Assembly: GCA_013265495.1 (NCBI GenBank)
Contig: MU058781.1
Location: forward strand, 7,917,009 to 7,981,008
From: Vicugna vicugna
Lineage: Eukaryota
Direction: 5' to 3'
Length of the DNA stretch: 64,000 nucleotides
Numbering within the stretch: the stretch's first letter is position 1; each line of letters begins with the position of its first letter. A model generated the notes under the pieces. It was not told the origin of the DNA, made no database searches, and saw nothing but the letters and a program-made list of their open reading frames with translations. Positions 50,666 through 62,599 of this stretch are shown piece by piece. A program made the position numbers and the translations under genes.

Positions 50666-53600
50666 TGGGGAAAAACAACCTATGAAGTGCTTTCTGCCTG
50701 CCAGCCTGTGCTTAGTACAGGGTCCAATACTGGCTGTATCTGTTTTCTTAAAAGTCATTTCTTTCCTTGTCTCCTAAGACTTTGCCCTAAGCGGATACCT
50801 CTGTTTCCACAACCATTTCTCTTTGTCCTTTGATGCCTCCTCTGACGGCTACCAAAGTCACATGGAACTTAAGTTCTATATAGTGCAGAAAAGCACAAGT
50901 TTGGGAAACACCCATGTAACTAAAAGAGATGTCATTTGCTTTTCCCTCTTTTACCCAACTATGTTTTCTTCTTCAAAGTTTTTTTTTTCCTTCCTCTATT
51001 TTTTTTTTTTTTTCTATCCAGCCTCTTTGCCTTTAAAGAAAACTCCTTCATGGTGGGAAGCCATTGAAAGTAATCACACATAATCTGAGTTATCAAAGGA
51101 GATTTGAAAGAAAGGTAATTTCTGACCAGGAATACCAGCCAAGACAAAGATAAAGAGGCAGAGAGAGAGAGAGAGTGAAAGGGAGGGAGTGTGTATGTGT
51201 GTGGGTGTGTGTGCACGTGGGAGAACACTCACACCCCTCTATGTATGCCTGCCTGTGGCAGTGTTTATGCAAAACCCTGGAATCTGAACTTCGTTTTCAA
51301 AGACACGTGAACCAAACAAGTACCCCATGAATGAAAGATGATTCTATTATAAAGGTGAAACAATCATGTGGATTATTTTTAGAACCTTGAGAAAAATAAG
51401 CAGATATTATTAAAAAGAGTGAGTGTAAATACTTTGGAAGCTGTGAAACATTAGACACAGATAATATACTGTTGCTATTGATAAATGACTTGTATATTTA
51501 TTTGGCTTGGCACATTTAGATATGCTGTATGATTTAAACAGAACGATTGGAAGCTGCTTTAAATATGAGGGGGAAGTCAATTCTAGAGAGAAACTAGAGG
51601 GGGAAAAATCATTTTCTCTTTCTGAACTCGTCCCAGGATGTTTGTATTTGGAATCTTTATTTTAGATCACTGTTCCCTTTCCAATTATCTTCTATATTCA
51701 TGTATTTGGACATTGAGATAGAGATTTAATACTCCACTTAGAAAGATTCTTCTATCTGTCAAATTATACAATGAATTTAACTGATTAATGAATTAACCAG
51801 CTGGTAACCATGGGTGCTTCTCTTCCCTGGATGTATTTTAGCACCTTTTCAACTAAGAGGGATGAAAGAGGTATTAGAGACTGCTTGGGAATCATGGATG
51901 ATAATAGCATACATTTAGATGAAGGTGATTTGATATTAATTTTTAGAGAAAAGAGTAGAAATCTTGCAGTCTTTTCTGGGGGATAGTTGGAGCCCAGAAC
52001 CTTGGTGATTTGACTGGACTGTGTGCTGCAGTGTTTAAGACTGGTCCTCATAGAAATCGCTTGGTTTGCAAATTGTCAAGGGACTAAATGACTTAATCAA
52101 CCTTTCCCATTTTTATCTGCAGTCAATCTAAGCTTAATATTATCCAACCACTCAAGTGATGGCCCTTGATTGAACAGAATGTTCCAGTGGGAACAGCGTG
52201 AGTAGCCTTCCCTCCTGGGGGGTAGGGGCGGCTCACGGACGTTGCTGTGTTCTTTTGTCACCTTCAACCTCTATAGGTGGACACTTAAAAGCCATTTCAA
52301 ACATTATCTCATTATCCCTTCACTTTTCAGCCAGGAGTTGATTACCCTTAATTTACAAGGGGACACTGTATTAAGAAGTGACCCGATTTTTCTAATGTCA
52401 CATATGAAGCACTCTGTGTGGGACTAAGAACAGAATTCATATCTTCAAGTCATAATTTAGCCTCTGCTTTGGCATTTACATCGCATAACATTACGACCAG
52501 GACCTTCACGACCTTTGAAAAATAACAAGATATTATTGACAAACAAAAATTCTTTTGTGCACCTTTAAAATCCTATTCCTTAAATCAAAGGTGGCTGTTT
52601 ATGAGACAGAACTAAATTCAGACCTTCAAATATAGACGTGGTTTTATTTAATTTATTTTTTTCTAGTTAGAAAGCTGCTCTGTTTAGCAAGAGCCCAAAT
52701 GGATGAGCACATTCCTCAAAGAGACAAAGGTAACCCTGATTGTTTTGTTGACTTTGCTAAAGGCAATGGCCCAAAGCATTAGTAATTAAAACCCATTTAA
52801 AATTAATTTAATTTCAGGAGCTCCACAAACCCATAAAATCAGATACATGCAAAGTGAACAGCTACAGATGCATTTTCGAAATCAGTGGTTTTCAAAGTGA
52901 AAAGATGGACAACAAAAGCAAGGAGAGTGCAGGACAAAGACAGAGGATATAAAGGCAAAGAGAGAAAAGAGAAAGTGCCCAACGTTAGCCTGAGAAGCTT
53001 GCCTTCTGAGCCCCAGCCCATTGTTTCAAAGACAGGATTGCTTGACTGAGTAAGGGTTCAAGTTACTGAAGCGTCCGTCCCCAGAATGGAGCCCAACTGG
53101 ACCAGGACATTTGAAAATGTTTCTCTGGGCAAACATTTAATTTGTATCCACTTCTCAAAACCAATCAGAGCTTCCACTGACTACCATCTTCATGCCTCAA
53201 AATTTAAGCAGCTACTTTCTGCGGTGAAATGTTATCCAAGCTTTGAACTGATGGCAACTTTAACCATAGCTCACAACTTTAAGACACAGGCTTTTAGATG
53301 ATCAGATGTTGGTGTTTGCAGGAGGCGGTAAATATATCTAAACCCTGATCCAACTCTTATGGACAAGGGAAAGTGTGGAACCTGACTTACCCGGTGTGGA
53401 AAACAGTGTCACCTACAGCAAACTGCAAGTGTAGGGGCTTGGGTGTAAGCGCCCGAGGTGGGGTAGGAGTACGGGAGAGCAACGGACATGAAGATCAAAG
53501 CCAGAGTCTCCTTTTTCTACCTATTTCTTTCCCTTGCAAAGCATACACTTCCAATCAAGTGAATGACCCCGTACTGAAAATAAAATTGCCTAAAAAAAAA

Positions 53601-53799
53601 TTTAGGCAATTTACAGAACCCTATTCTTGAAAAAGACTTTAGAAATGACCCAAACCTACCTCTAATTACCTGCAGAAGATTCGGCTACGCCTCCCTGACA
53701 GTGATGTTCGTTCTCTCTCCCCAGCTCCCTTGTGGGTGAGGCAGACAAGCCTATTGTTGGCACAGACCAATTCTTAGAAAGTTCTTCTAGATCCTAATT

Positions 53800-54250
53800 C
53801 TGCTCTCTTGAGCAGTGTAGTATACGATATCCATGTCCAGGGCTACAGAGATAGCTGTGCAGAGACAGGTAGGTTACTCAACCTCCCTGAGCTTCAGTTT
53901 ACTTACCTGTGAAGTGGAATAACAAATATTTCTCACCTCTAGGCTTTTTGTAAGAATGATAGAAATAACACGTGTAGAACTATGCCTAGCATATAATAAA
54001 TGCTTAAATAGAGTAACTGTGATCATGGTGTTAAAGGCATGGACTTTAGAGTCAAATTGTCCTGTGTTCAAACCCCAGCTCCACTGTTAAGTAGCCGTCC
54101 TTAGGCAAATTAATTTCTCTGAGCTTCAGTTTTCTCAACCTTGACATGTCTAGTTCACAGGGATTTTGTAATGATTTAATGAAAAAATATTAAAGTGTTT
54201 AATATAACATCTGGCCCTAATTTTTTTCATCATTATCACTGCTATGATTA
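53800..54250 (+). mobile_element. Two adjacent MIR SINEs
   Basis: Two cores: AACCTCCCTGAGCTTCAGTTTACTTACCTGTGAAGTGG and TTCTCTGAGCTTCAGTTTTCTCA; the second has head GGACTTTAGAGTCAAA...GTTCAAACCCCAGCTCCAC. Confidence 0.8.
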
Positions 54251-55426
54251 TGCAGTTAATCAATGGATTCCTTAAAACCTGGTGCTGGGAACTAATAAAA
54301 CAGTCACAACATGGTCAGAAGCAACACAAAGGATGATGTGAGGACTGTTTCTCCCCTGACCTAAGCACGATCCATTTATTAATGCAGCCTACTGTTGTGT
54401 TTGCCTTTCTCTTTCAGACCCTCAGAATTAAGAGTATGAAAGAGAAAGTACCTGCCCAGGATCCACTGGTTCCATCCCACGCAGAGTAAGCCAATAAAAG
54501 CAATGTCAGTCCAATAAGAATGCTAATGGTGAGGGTAGGTCACATGACAGTTCTCTTTAAAGAAAGACATAATTATACGTGGTTCATTTATCCACTCCAT
54601 TAATTGTTCCACAAACACTTGCCAAGTGGCTGCATACTACATCACACAGACCGTGCCCTTAGGGGGGGTGGGTCTCATGGTTTAGTGGCATCTGGAATCC
54701 CAAGACCTGCTTAATTGAAGCCTATTTCTCTTAGATGGTCTTAAAATGACCTCTGTGTGATTCATTCTACATAATCATTCATGTTCCCCAGAAAGGAAAA
54801 GTGACGTACTTCCCTTAAACCCAGATGTCAAACGGAAAGAATGAGCTACCACCATCAAGATGGCGGCACAGAAAAGGAGACCATCCCAGTCCCAAGACAC
54901 CTGGCCCTTTGGACTTTCTGCTCATTTACTCAGCATACAGGCTCTGTGCTGAGTGACCTAAGACGTCCTTCTAGCTGTCTCGTTTTCAGCCTTACAACTG
55001 CATCGCTCTACTATCACGAACTTTCTGTAGCACAAACTACCCAAAGCCATATGTCACTAGGACAGGATCTCTTGGCTCAGTCACAGAGGGAACCCTCACT
55101 GAGGGTTCTTTCTTAACTCTCGAACAAATATTCAAGATGAAATTCCTAATGTCCCAAAATATACATGACCAGCCTGAAAACAGTTCTGGTAGCACACACG
55201 GTTGCTTTTCCCACCAGCTGTCTCTCCTGCCCACTCTGATTGCTTCCAGGCTGCAGAAACTCGTTTTGTTCATATATTTATTCGCCACATGTGTCAAAGA
55301 AGTCCCAGCCCCTACCTAGTCCCAGAGGTTAAATGTTCATCATTATCCTCATCCCTTTGCCAGTGATCGGTTTAGGGGTGGGCAAGTGATGGCAATTCTG
55401 GACAATTACAGGAGACATATAACATG

Positions 55427-55513
55427 AAGGTAAATCTACTAAGTGGCTTCTGGAAAATGTTCCTTTCCTGTTCAGAAGGCATACGTGGGAGGAGGAAGCT
55501 TCCTTTCTGCCAC
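55427..55513 (+). repeat. Copy 1 of an 87-bp dispersed direct repeat (copy 2 at 57307-57394)
   Basis: AAGGTAAATCTACTAAGTGGCTTCTGGAAAATGTTCCTTT...GTGGGAGGAGGAAGCTT is present twice; by eye 6 substitutions and 1 indel. Confidence 0.95.
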
Positions 55514-55731
55514 GCCTTCACCCAGCTGAGCAAGGGGAGGCCAGGAGTCATCTGCGACCACAGAAAGATGCACCTGAGTATAGAAGGAAACACTCAGAGA
55601 AGACCAGGAAAAGGAAAACCACCAGGCGCTTCCTGACATCACTGTGTTGCACAGTTAACCAAGCCTGGAACTGCCTGCCTCTAGTCCACTTGTTTGCTGA
55701 GATTAAAAAAAAAAGAAGAGTTCTGTTTAAG

Positions 55732-55903
55732 GCTGTGTTTCTCAAACTATAATGTGCATACAAGTAACCTGTGTGTCTTGTTAAAATGCAGATTCTGAAT
55801 AAGAAGGTCTGGGCTGGGGCTGTGGATTCTGCAATTCCGTCAAGCTCCCAGGTGACGGTGGTGGTGATGCCGGCAGTCCGGAGCCCAGACTTAGAGGAAG
55901 AAG
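55732..55903 (-). mobile_element. MER5A1-like MITE
   Basis: TTTCTCAAACTATAATGTGCATAC...TCTTGTTAAAATGCAGATTCTGA...AGCTCCCAGGTGA is the reverse complement of recalled MER5A1. Confidence 0.8.
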
Positions 55904-57039
55904 GGTTTAAGTCATTTGAGATAAATGTTCTGTTCTCAGTAGCTGAAATCATCTCAAATGATACAATCCTCAATCTAGCATTCTTTCTCATCACCTCGTA
56001 CCTATGTCGGTGAAATCCAATTGAGAACCTGAAAATGTAAACGTTAATTTCAGTGGATGTGAACCTGTATTCGTGCTTTGACTCAGTTCCACCCGTTTCA
56101 ATATCCCACCGTCATCAGCACCTTCTCATTCTTCCCTCCCTTAACTAAGGCATTCAGGGGCCCCGGAAACCAGGCGGTGACGAAGACGCCTGTGAATGCG
56201 GGGTGCGTTCGCCCTGCTCCACTACCGAGTGCTTGTCAGTGCACCTGGCCCAGAGGTGAAGCAGCTGCATGCACGGCGGTCCCTTCCCTGCCACCTCCAG
56301 CTTTAAAGAGAAATGCTTGAGTGCTTTTGCAAATCAAAATCTTTTCATCCTGAATTTGGTGATTCACCCTGAATGGCGTCTTCTTGGAAAGTCTGTAATG
56401 CACTATTGTGTAAGACTGGGTAAAATTGGCCTGTCTCATTGACAACACGCTTCTTCTCATGGCTCAGACTGGGCTGGGGGAGGTGAAGGAGTCACAATAA
56501 AAAGGCTTCTTTACGAACGGCCTCCTTCCCCGGTCGGCGTAGCCACGCCAGGGTGCCTGCGTGGGCCGAGCTCTCGGTCCTGCCGTGGGGATCACTGCCC
56601 CCTTTGTTCGTTACACAGCCTCTGGACGAGAATTAGGTTTCAGCAGGTATGAAGATGGTGCTTGTTTTTAACAAGGCGAATTTACAAAGCTTCCATACTT
56701 AAAAAAAAAAAAAACGTGTGGGAGAGGCAGACATTCAAAGGCCATGCCAAATTTGCTTTCCCCCAAAGCAGGGAGAGACAAAGGAAATCTCAAGCCTACC
56801 TCTCAGACACAAAGAACATGTGTTTGCCCTCCAAACTCAAGCAGGTGAACTCAGCTCATTATCCCAGGAGCTGGTCACTAATTCTACCCAGTTTAAAAAA
56901 TACATCTGCAGTCCCATTCAAATAGTGAAGTACTCTTTCCGTATTTTCGGTCAACTGACATTTCTTTTCGTGCCAGACAACTCTACACTATGAACTTCCA
57001 TGTATATTATCTTTTTTAATCTTTTCAACAGCTCTGTCA

Positions 57040-57220
57040 TAAAAACAAACTTCTTCTGTATAGCACAGGAGACTATATTCAATATCTTGTAATAACCTTT
57101 AATGGAAAAGAATATGAAAATGAATATATGTATACATAGGCATGACTGGGACATTCTGCTGTGCACCAGAAAATGGTACATCGTAAGTGACTATACGTCA
57201 ATAAAAAACCAAACAAAACC
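57040..57220 (+). mobile_element. Short, relatively young L1 3' end (cetartiodactyl/camelid type) with TSD
   Basis: CTGTATAGCACAGGAGACTATATTCAATATCTTGTAATAACCTTTAATGGAAAAGAATATGAAAATGAATATATGTAT...GACTATACGTCAATAAAAAA; flanks CAGCTCTGTCA (57029-57039) and CAACTCTGTCA (57221-57231). Confidence 0.88.
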
Positions 57221-57306
57221 CAACTCTGTCAGTTAGCTATGTGAATCGGTAGAAGTCCAGAATCTGAAATGTACATATTGAACCCAAGAGATTTTTACAA
57301 GAGGAA

Positions 57307-57394
57307 AAGGTAAAATCTACTAAGTGGCTTCTGGAAAATGTTCCTTTGCTGTTCAAAAGGCATATGTGGGAGGAGGAAGCTTTCTTTTTCCCAC
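57307..57394 (+). repeat. Copy 2 of the 87-bp dispersed direct repeat
   Basis: Matches 55427-55513; ends in a palindromic junction at 57392-57426. Confidence 0.95.
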
Positions 57395-57623
57395 TATTTA
57401 ACTATGTTTAACTATGTTAAATAGTGCTAGAGCAATTTTAGAGAATCAGTAATTTTTCCCCATCCCCCCCCAGAACTGAAACAGACCTTTCCTTGGCTCT
57501 GCCTCAGTAGGGACAGTTATGATCTTTGCAGACAGAAGGACTGATGGCCAGAACCTTTCCCTGGAACCTGGTAGCCCTGGATTTACAACCTACACTACAC
57601 TTCTGGACCACAGCCCTCTGGAT

Positions 57624-57920
57624 CAGAGCTTGTAAGTAGCCATCCAGAAGCCAAGGCCAGCCCATGGTCATCTTTTGTGTGGCTCTCTCAACTTTGTTCA
57701 TTTAGATTCATTGCTGGCATTTTAAAATGTAGGCATTTCTGTAAAAACCTGGATTTTTGAATTCTCCAAAGAAGTCAAGAGATCTCTCTGTGCTGCTGGG
57801 TCATGGGACATAACTCTTGATTGCTGGGTAGTGGGAGCTCCGTTATTCTGGGCACACTGAATCTCTCCTGCTGTCTGTCCAACACGGGGGCCACTGTCAC
57901 TACCATATACATATCGGTCG
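57624..57920 (+). mobile_element. MER102-like hAT remnant
   Basis: CATTTTAAAATGTAGGCATTTCTGTAAAAACCTGGATTTTTG...AGATCT resembles recalled MER102; degraded. Confidence 0.5.
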
Positions 57921-57924
57921 GCCC

Positions 57925-58215
57925 CAAGTTTCCTCAGATTTGAATCTATGGCCGTTTGGGGTCAGATAATTCTTGGTTGTGGGGACTGTCCAGCATCCCC
58001 AGCCTCTACTTACTAGATGTCAGCAGTAACCTTCACCCCAGTCAGGACAACCAAAAATGTCCCCAGACATCGCCCAGTGTTCCGTGGGGGCAAACAGTCC
58101 CTGGCTGAGGGGCAGAGTAGACAGACACAGAGCTCACCTTCCCCACGAATACATCAAAAATACAATCTACGTGTGGGACAACTTTCACAAAAGACCCCCT
58201 GGCTGAGAACCACTG
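57925..58215 (-). mobile_element. MER20, interrupted near its end by an 87-bp insert
   Basis: GTCAGATAATTCTTGGTTGTGGGG...CTAGATGTCAGCAGTAAC...ACAACCAAAAATGTCCCCAGACATCGCC; the terminal TGAGAACCACTG is displaced to ~58204-58215. Confidence 0.85.
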
Positions 58216-59559
58216 CTTTACACACACCCAGTCCTTTCCACTTATTTTAGATGCTAGCCAAGCCCCCATCCTCACTAGAGTCTGCATCTCCCACTGCCTC
58301 AGAATCACCCCTTATACCACTAAAGATAAAAAGTCTACGAAGAAATGCTGATCTCCTTCAACTTAAGGTTCTGTGTCCCCTTTATATGACGCAAGTCAGT
58401 GTGGGTAAGATAGTGTACGAAGCTACCAATCCTTTCTATCTCAGATCTTCCAGATCTTTCCTTAAGGGCAAATTTTTACAGGGCAGAGGATAAGGGCAGC
58501 GTGAAACCACCGTGTCCTGAAGGAAGGTTGATACAAAAAAGCTGTTTTAAGAAGGAAAGGAAATAAGGTAACGAGTGGGCTACATCCATTTTTCTTTAAA
58601 TTGGAACCCAAACATTTCAGGAAATTTGAATATGCAAGGTCATCGGGAGAAGCGGTTTCTGTTACGACTGGTTACGAGCTTACGGTGGATTGCTGGGGCC
58701 ATTTCATAATCAAATCTTAATACTGAGGAAACACTCCAATGCTCACGTCCGCCAACCCCATCATAGCATGTGGCAGAAAGAGATCATCCTAAACAATGCC
58801 CACATTTTTGGTTTGCTTATTAAAAATATGACCTAAAACAATATTGAAAACCATTTTGAAATAAAAATCACTGTAATCAAAAAAAAAAGAACCCCAAACC
58901 AAAAAACAAATGGGCTACATCATTTTCTTAAGTGCCAGCCCAGCAGGCTTCCACCTGAAACAAAGCTTTACGAGGCTCACCTGTGTGCACATTGAACTTG
59001 ACTGCTTTGAGTAGGAGAGTAGATTTGCACAAGTCCACCCCCTTCCTGCCTTGTTTAATGATGCACCTCATCATATTCTGATGAAATCTAGATGCAATCA
59101 TATTCCTGTTTTAACTGGCTGTTCTGGCAAGGGGTCCTTCTCCAGAACTCAATTTCTCACGTTGGCAACAGTTAAGAAAAACATACCCATTTGCCAGCTC
59201 CCCTCAGCATCTGCCCTAATTAGAGGGGATGTTGCTGTTCCCCTCCAAACGGCCGTGGAAGGCAAAGGGAGGCTGCAAGGGTAGGGACCCTTCCCAGGGA
59301 CAATCATTCCAAGTGTCCCCTTAGCAGGACCGACCATCAGGATCAGTGAAGGGCTGTTGTCTGACAGGATCTGAAGGGAGTCATTGGGAGAACTGTGGGG
59401 TTAGACGAACCTAACTTCACAACTTGTTTATGACTGAGCAGCCCCAGGAACAACCTCCTGTACCAAACCTACAGAGAGCGACTTAGCAGTCCCGTAAGGA
59501 AACGTGGCCACTTGAAAGAATACGTCTCTAAGAACTCAAGAAGGGTGAAAAGTAAAACT

Positions 59560-59760
59560 CTAGCAACCACAGAAAACTCTTTTTTTTCAAAGTAGAAGGA
59601 ATTGATAAGAATAAAAGCAGAGGTAAATAAAAATAAGAATAAAATAGACAAGTATTGAAGACTATGATAAAGAAGAAGATCAGAAAAGGTCATAAACGAA
59701 TAACGTTCGAGATGAAAAGGGGCACAGAAGTAGGGTTACAGGTGAGATTTTTTTAAATTC
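59560..59760 (+). mobile_element. Old L1 ORF2 fragment
   Basis: AAAGTAGAAGGAATTGATAAGAATAAAAGCAGAGGTAAATAAAAAT...GAGATGAAAAGGGG. Confidence 0.55.
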
Positions 59761-61918
59761 TAAGATCTGAGAGACTCTGCTCTGGAGCAGTAAAACCCTA
59801 CCTGAGACATATTGCTTGTTTCTGCACAAAAACACAGCTTATGCTCCCATAACACCTCCCGTGCACACCTCCACGCCAGCACTTAGCACAGCATGTGGTT
59901 TTCCGTTCGTCTCACCCACTAGCCCTCGAACTCTTTCCCGGAAGGACCTGTTTATGTTGGTCCTTTAGCTCTAGGCATGCCTGCCGACAGTGCGTAACAC
60001 GTTTCTGATGAGTGAGGGAAGTCAGAGAGGAGTGGCAGGATGATGAGGGGCTGAAAACTTTGTGATGAGGAAAGGTGGAAGGACAGAGGGATGTCTGAGC
60101 CTCCAAAGAGGTGATTACACATCACACCATAGCTGCCTTCAACAGTGTGAAGGGCCATCATGGGAAAGGGGATGGCACTTTTTAGTAGAGACCCACAGAA
60201 CAGACTTAGACCAATGGGTACAGGGGAGACAAATAAGATTCAAGGGGGCAGAAGAGCCAATTGGATGATCTGACTTAGAAAGTGCCCCCCTTCCCAGAAA
60301 GGCTCTCTTTAACTTATTTAAAAGTAAGAAATCTATCTCACTTCCTTTAAATTGATCGCAAATCTCCCTGCTTTCCTCCTCAGTACTAACCCCCAGTGCA
60401 CCCCCAAATCACCTGCAGACAGCCCAGGACAGTGGGTGGTCAAGAACTCGTTTTGACCAGCTTTGGGATGCAGCCACATACAGGCTACTTCCCGTATTTC
60501 TGTCAGGTTTCCAGTTCCGGAATGGACCTCGTCAGGCTGGGACGAAGCCTGATTCTTGCAAGACCTCATATTTCACCGAGCTGCCTGCCAGACGCTGCTA
60601 GTGTCAACATTCTGTTCTGCACTCCGAATTGCAGTTAAAAATCAATTGGGCTTTTTTTCCCAAACATCAAGGCCACCTGTTTAAATCCTTCTTTCCCTTC
60701 TGCCTAGCATCGACCTAGTTCTCCAAAAATTTGCATTAATTACTTTTCTTCATCAACTGCATTAACTGTAGAGCTTAGACTGACTTTTGAACCCGATCAC
60801 AGCCCACCAGCTCTCTGCAAGGGTTTTGTTCTTGAGGCAAACCAACTCTTGACACGTTCACCTAAAGTTATACTTTCTATGAAGACCACTTTCAGACGAG
60901 AAATGCCGTTACTGAAACTGCATCTGATATTTGTAATTACTCAGGTCTCTCCGTGCGGTGAATTGGTTCCACACTGGAGGAAATGCAAATTACTGTAAAT
61001 CCAGGTGGAGGAGTATTTCTCAGAGGTGTTTATTGAAAATCCTACAGCACAACACACCTAGCAGCTTAGAGAATGGGAGGTGAGGAGCTGAAAATGTTTT
61101 ACTTACTCAAACTCAAGATATTGCTGTGTGTTTGCCTGTATACATATATACTGTAAATACACATGAATATGTAACACACATTCATTTTCTAGAACAATCA
61201 CGGCCAGCCCCCTACAGCACACTCTCCGGGCTGTGCTGGAACACCAGTTTTGCTGGCGTATCTATTTCTTCCCTCCCCAGCCTGGCTCCTCACAGCGCCA
61301 GACCTTTAGGGAATTTACATGAAATAGGCAATAAGTATGTCTGTCAAAACACTTAGTTTCTTGCTGGAAGCCCCAGATCACTAGAATAAAAGTTAGTTAA
61401 TAGGAACTTACTTTAACAAGTCAACTCAACAAACGGCATATAAAAGCTGAAACTCCCCTCTGTCACCAAACTCCCAACTGTGTATTGGTTGAAGAAATGA
61501 CAAGTCTTGAGTTGACTTCTCCTTAGGTATGGCCTCTTATCCGTTCCAGAGTCTCATAGTGAACATTATCTGGAAAGATGCTGCCTACTTTTCAAGGGCT
61601 TAACAAAGGGGAAAGTGAGGAGAGGCTTTTTTTTAGTTCTGAGGGATGCTGTGTTTTTCTTCGGTGGGTATAGTGATCTTCTTTGTCTCCTCCTTGTTTG
61701 TAAGTTTTTGATGTTTTTTTCCCTTGGAATGTGATTTGGTTTTTTCTTGCAATCTGTGTTTCTAATCACTCCATGGGACACACACACACACACATTTTCC
61801 AGAGTACCTGCTATGTCATATCATTGTTTTACTAATGATCCTATTGACAACATTTGGACATAGTATAAGATAGGTAGATTTACTGATAGGGAAACAACGG
61901 ATGGACAGATTAAAAAAG

Positions 61919-62135
61919 ATAGGTAGACAGACAGACAGACAGACAGACATAATGTTCCCTCTATATTTAAGCCCTCAAAAGCTTAAAATTCCCTAAAATC
62001 TTCCTTGACAGAAAGGAGAAAAATATAATAGGTAGACAGACAGACAGACAGACAGACATAATGTTCCCTCTATATTTAAGCCCTCAAAAGCTTAAAATTC
62101 CCTAAAATCTTCCTTGACAGAAAGGAGAAAAATAT
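61919..62135. repeat. Exact tandem duplication, period 109 bp, each copy with (GACA)6
   Basis: 61919-62026 equals 62028-62135 by eye. Confidence 0.95.
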
Positions 62136-62599
62136 TTATAAGTGGTCTCTATTTTCATAGGAAGTGACCACAGTGTCCATTTGATATTCTTCTCAGCTGT
62201 GCAACATCTGAATCTCCTTCTTAGAAATGAGAGCTTTCACTAAAATGAATCTTTGCAGGAGGTGGAGCCCATCTCCTCCTACACAACAAGCCCATTTTTC
62301 TATGACCTCCACCAAACTGGCTGCCATTCATGGACACACGACCTAGTCTCAGCCCATCAGACGCCACCACCCGAGACACCAGGCCCAGCAGCCATGATGG
62401 AAAGACGCCTAGATGCCAATAGTGTCCCGTGACCACAGCAGCAGCAAAGGCAGCGTCAGTTGGAGACTGCACTGTCCCTCAGGGGTAGCAGCATTGTCCA
62501 CAGCAGGACACTTCATTTATTTCTGCCCAATGACCAGGCATAGCTATCAGCTTTCCTGGAAATTCTGTGAGATAACCAATCTATTCTTTCATTTTCTTT

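Noticed and set aside
58577..58932. Short similar motifs GGGCTACATCCATTTTTCTTTAA and GGGCTACATCATTTTCTTAA about 335 bp apart
   Set aside because: Too short and imperfect, and the intervening sequence has no element hallmarks, so it cannot be called a TSD.
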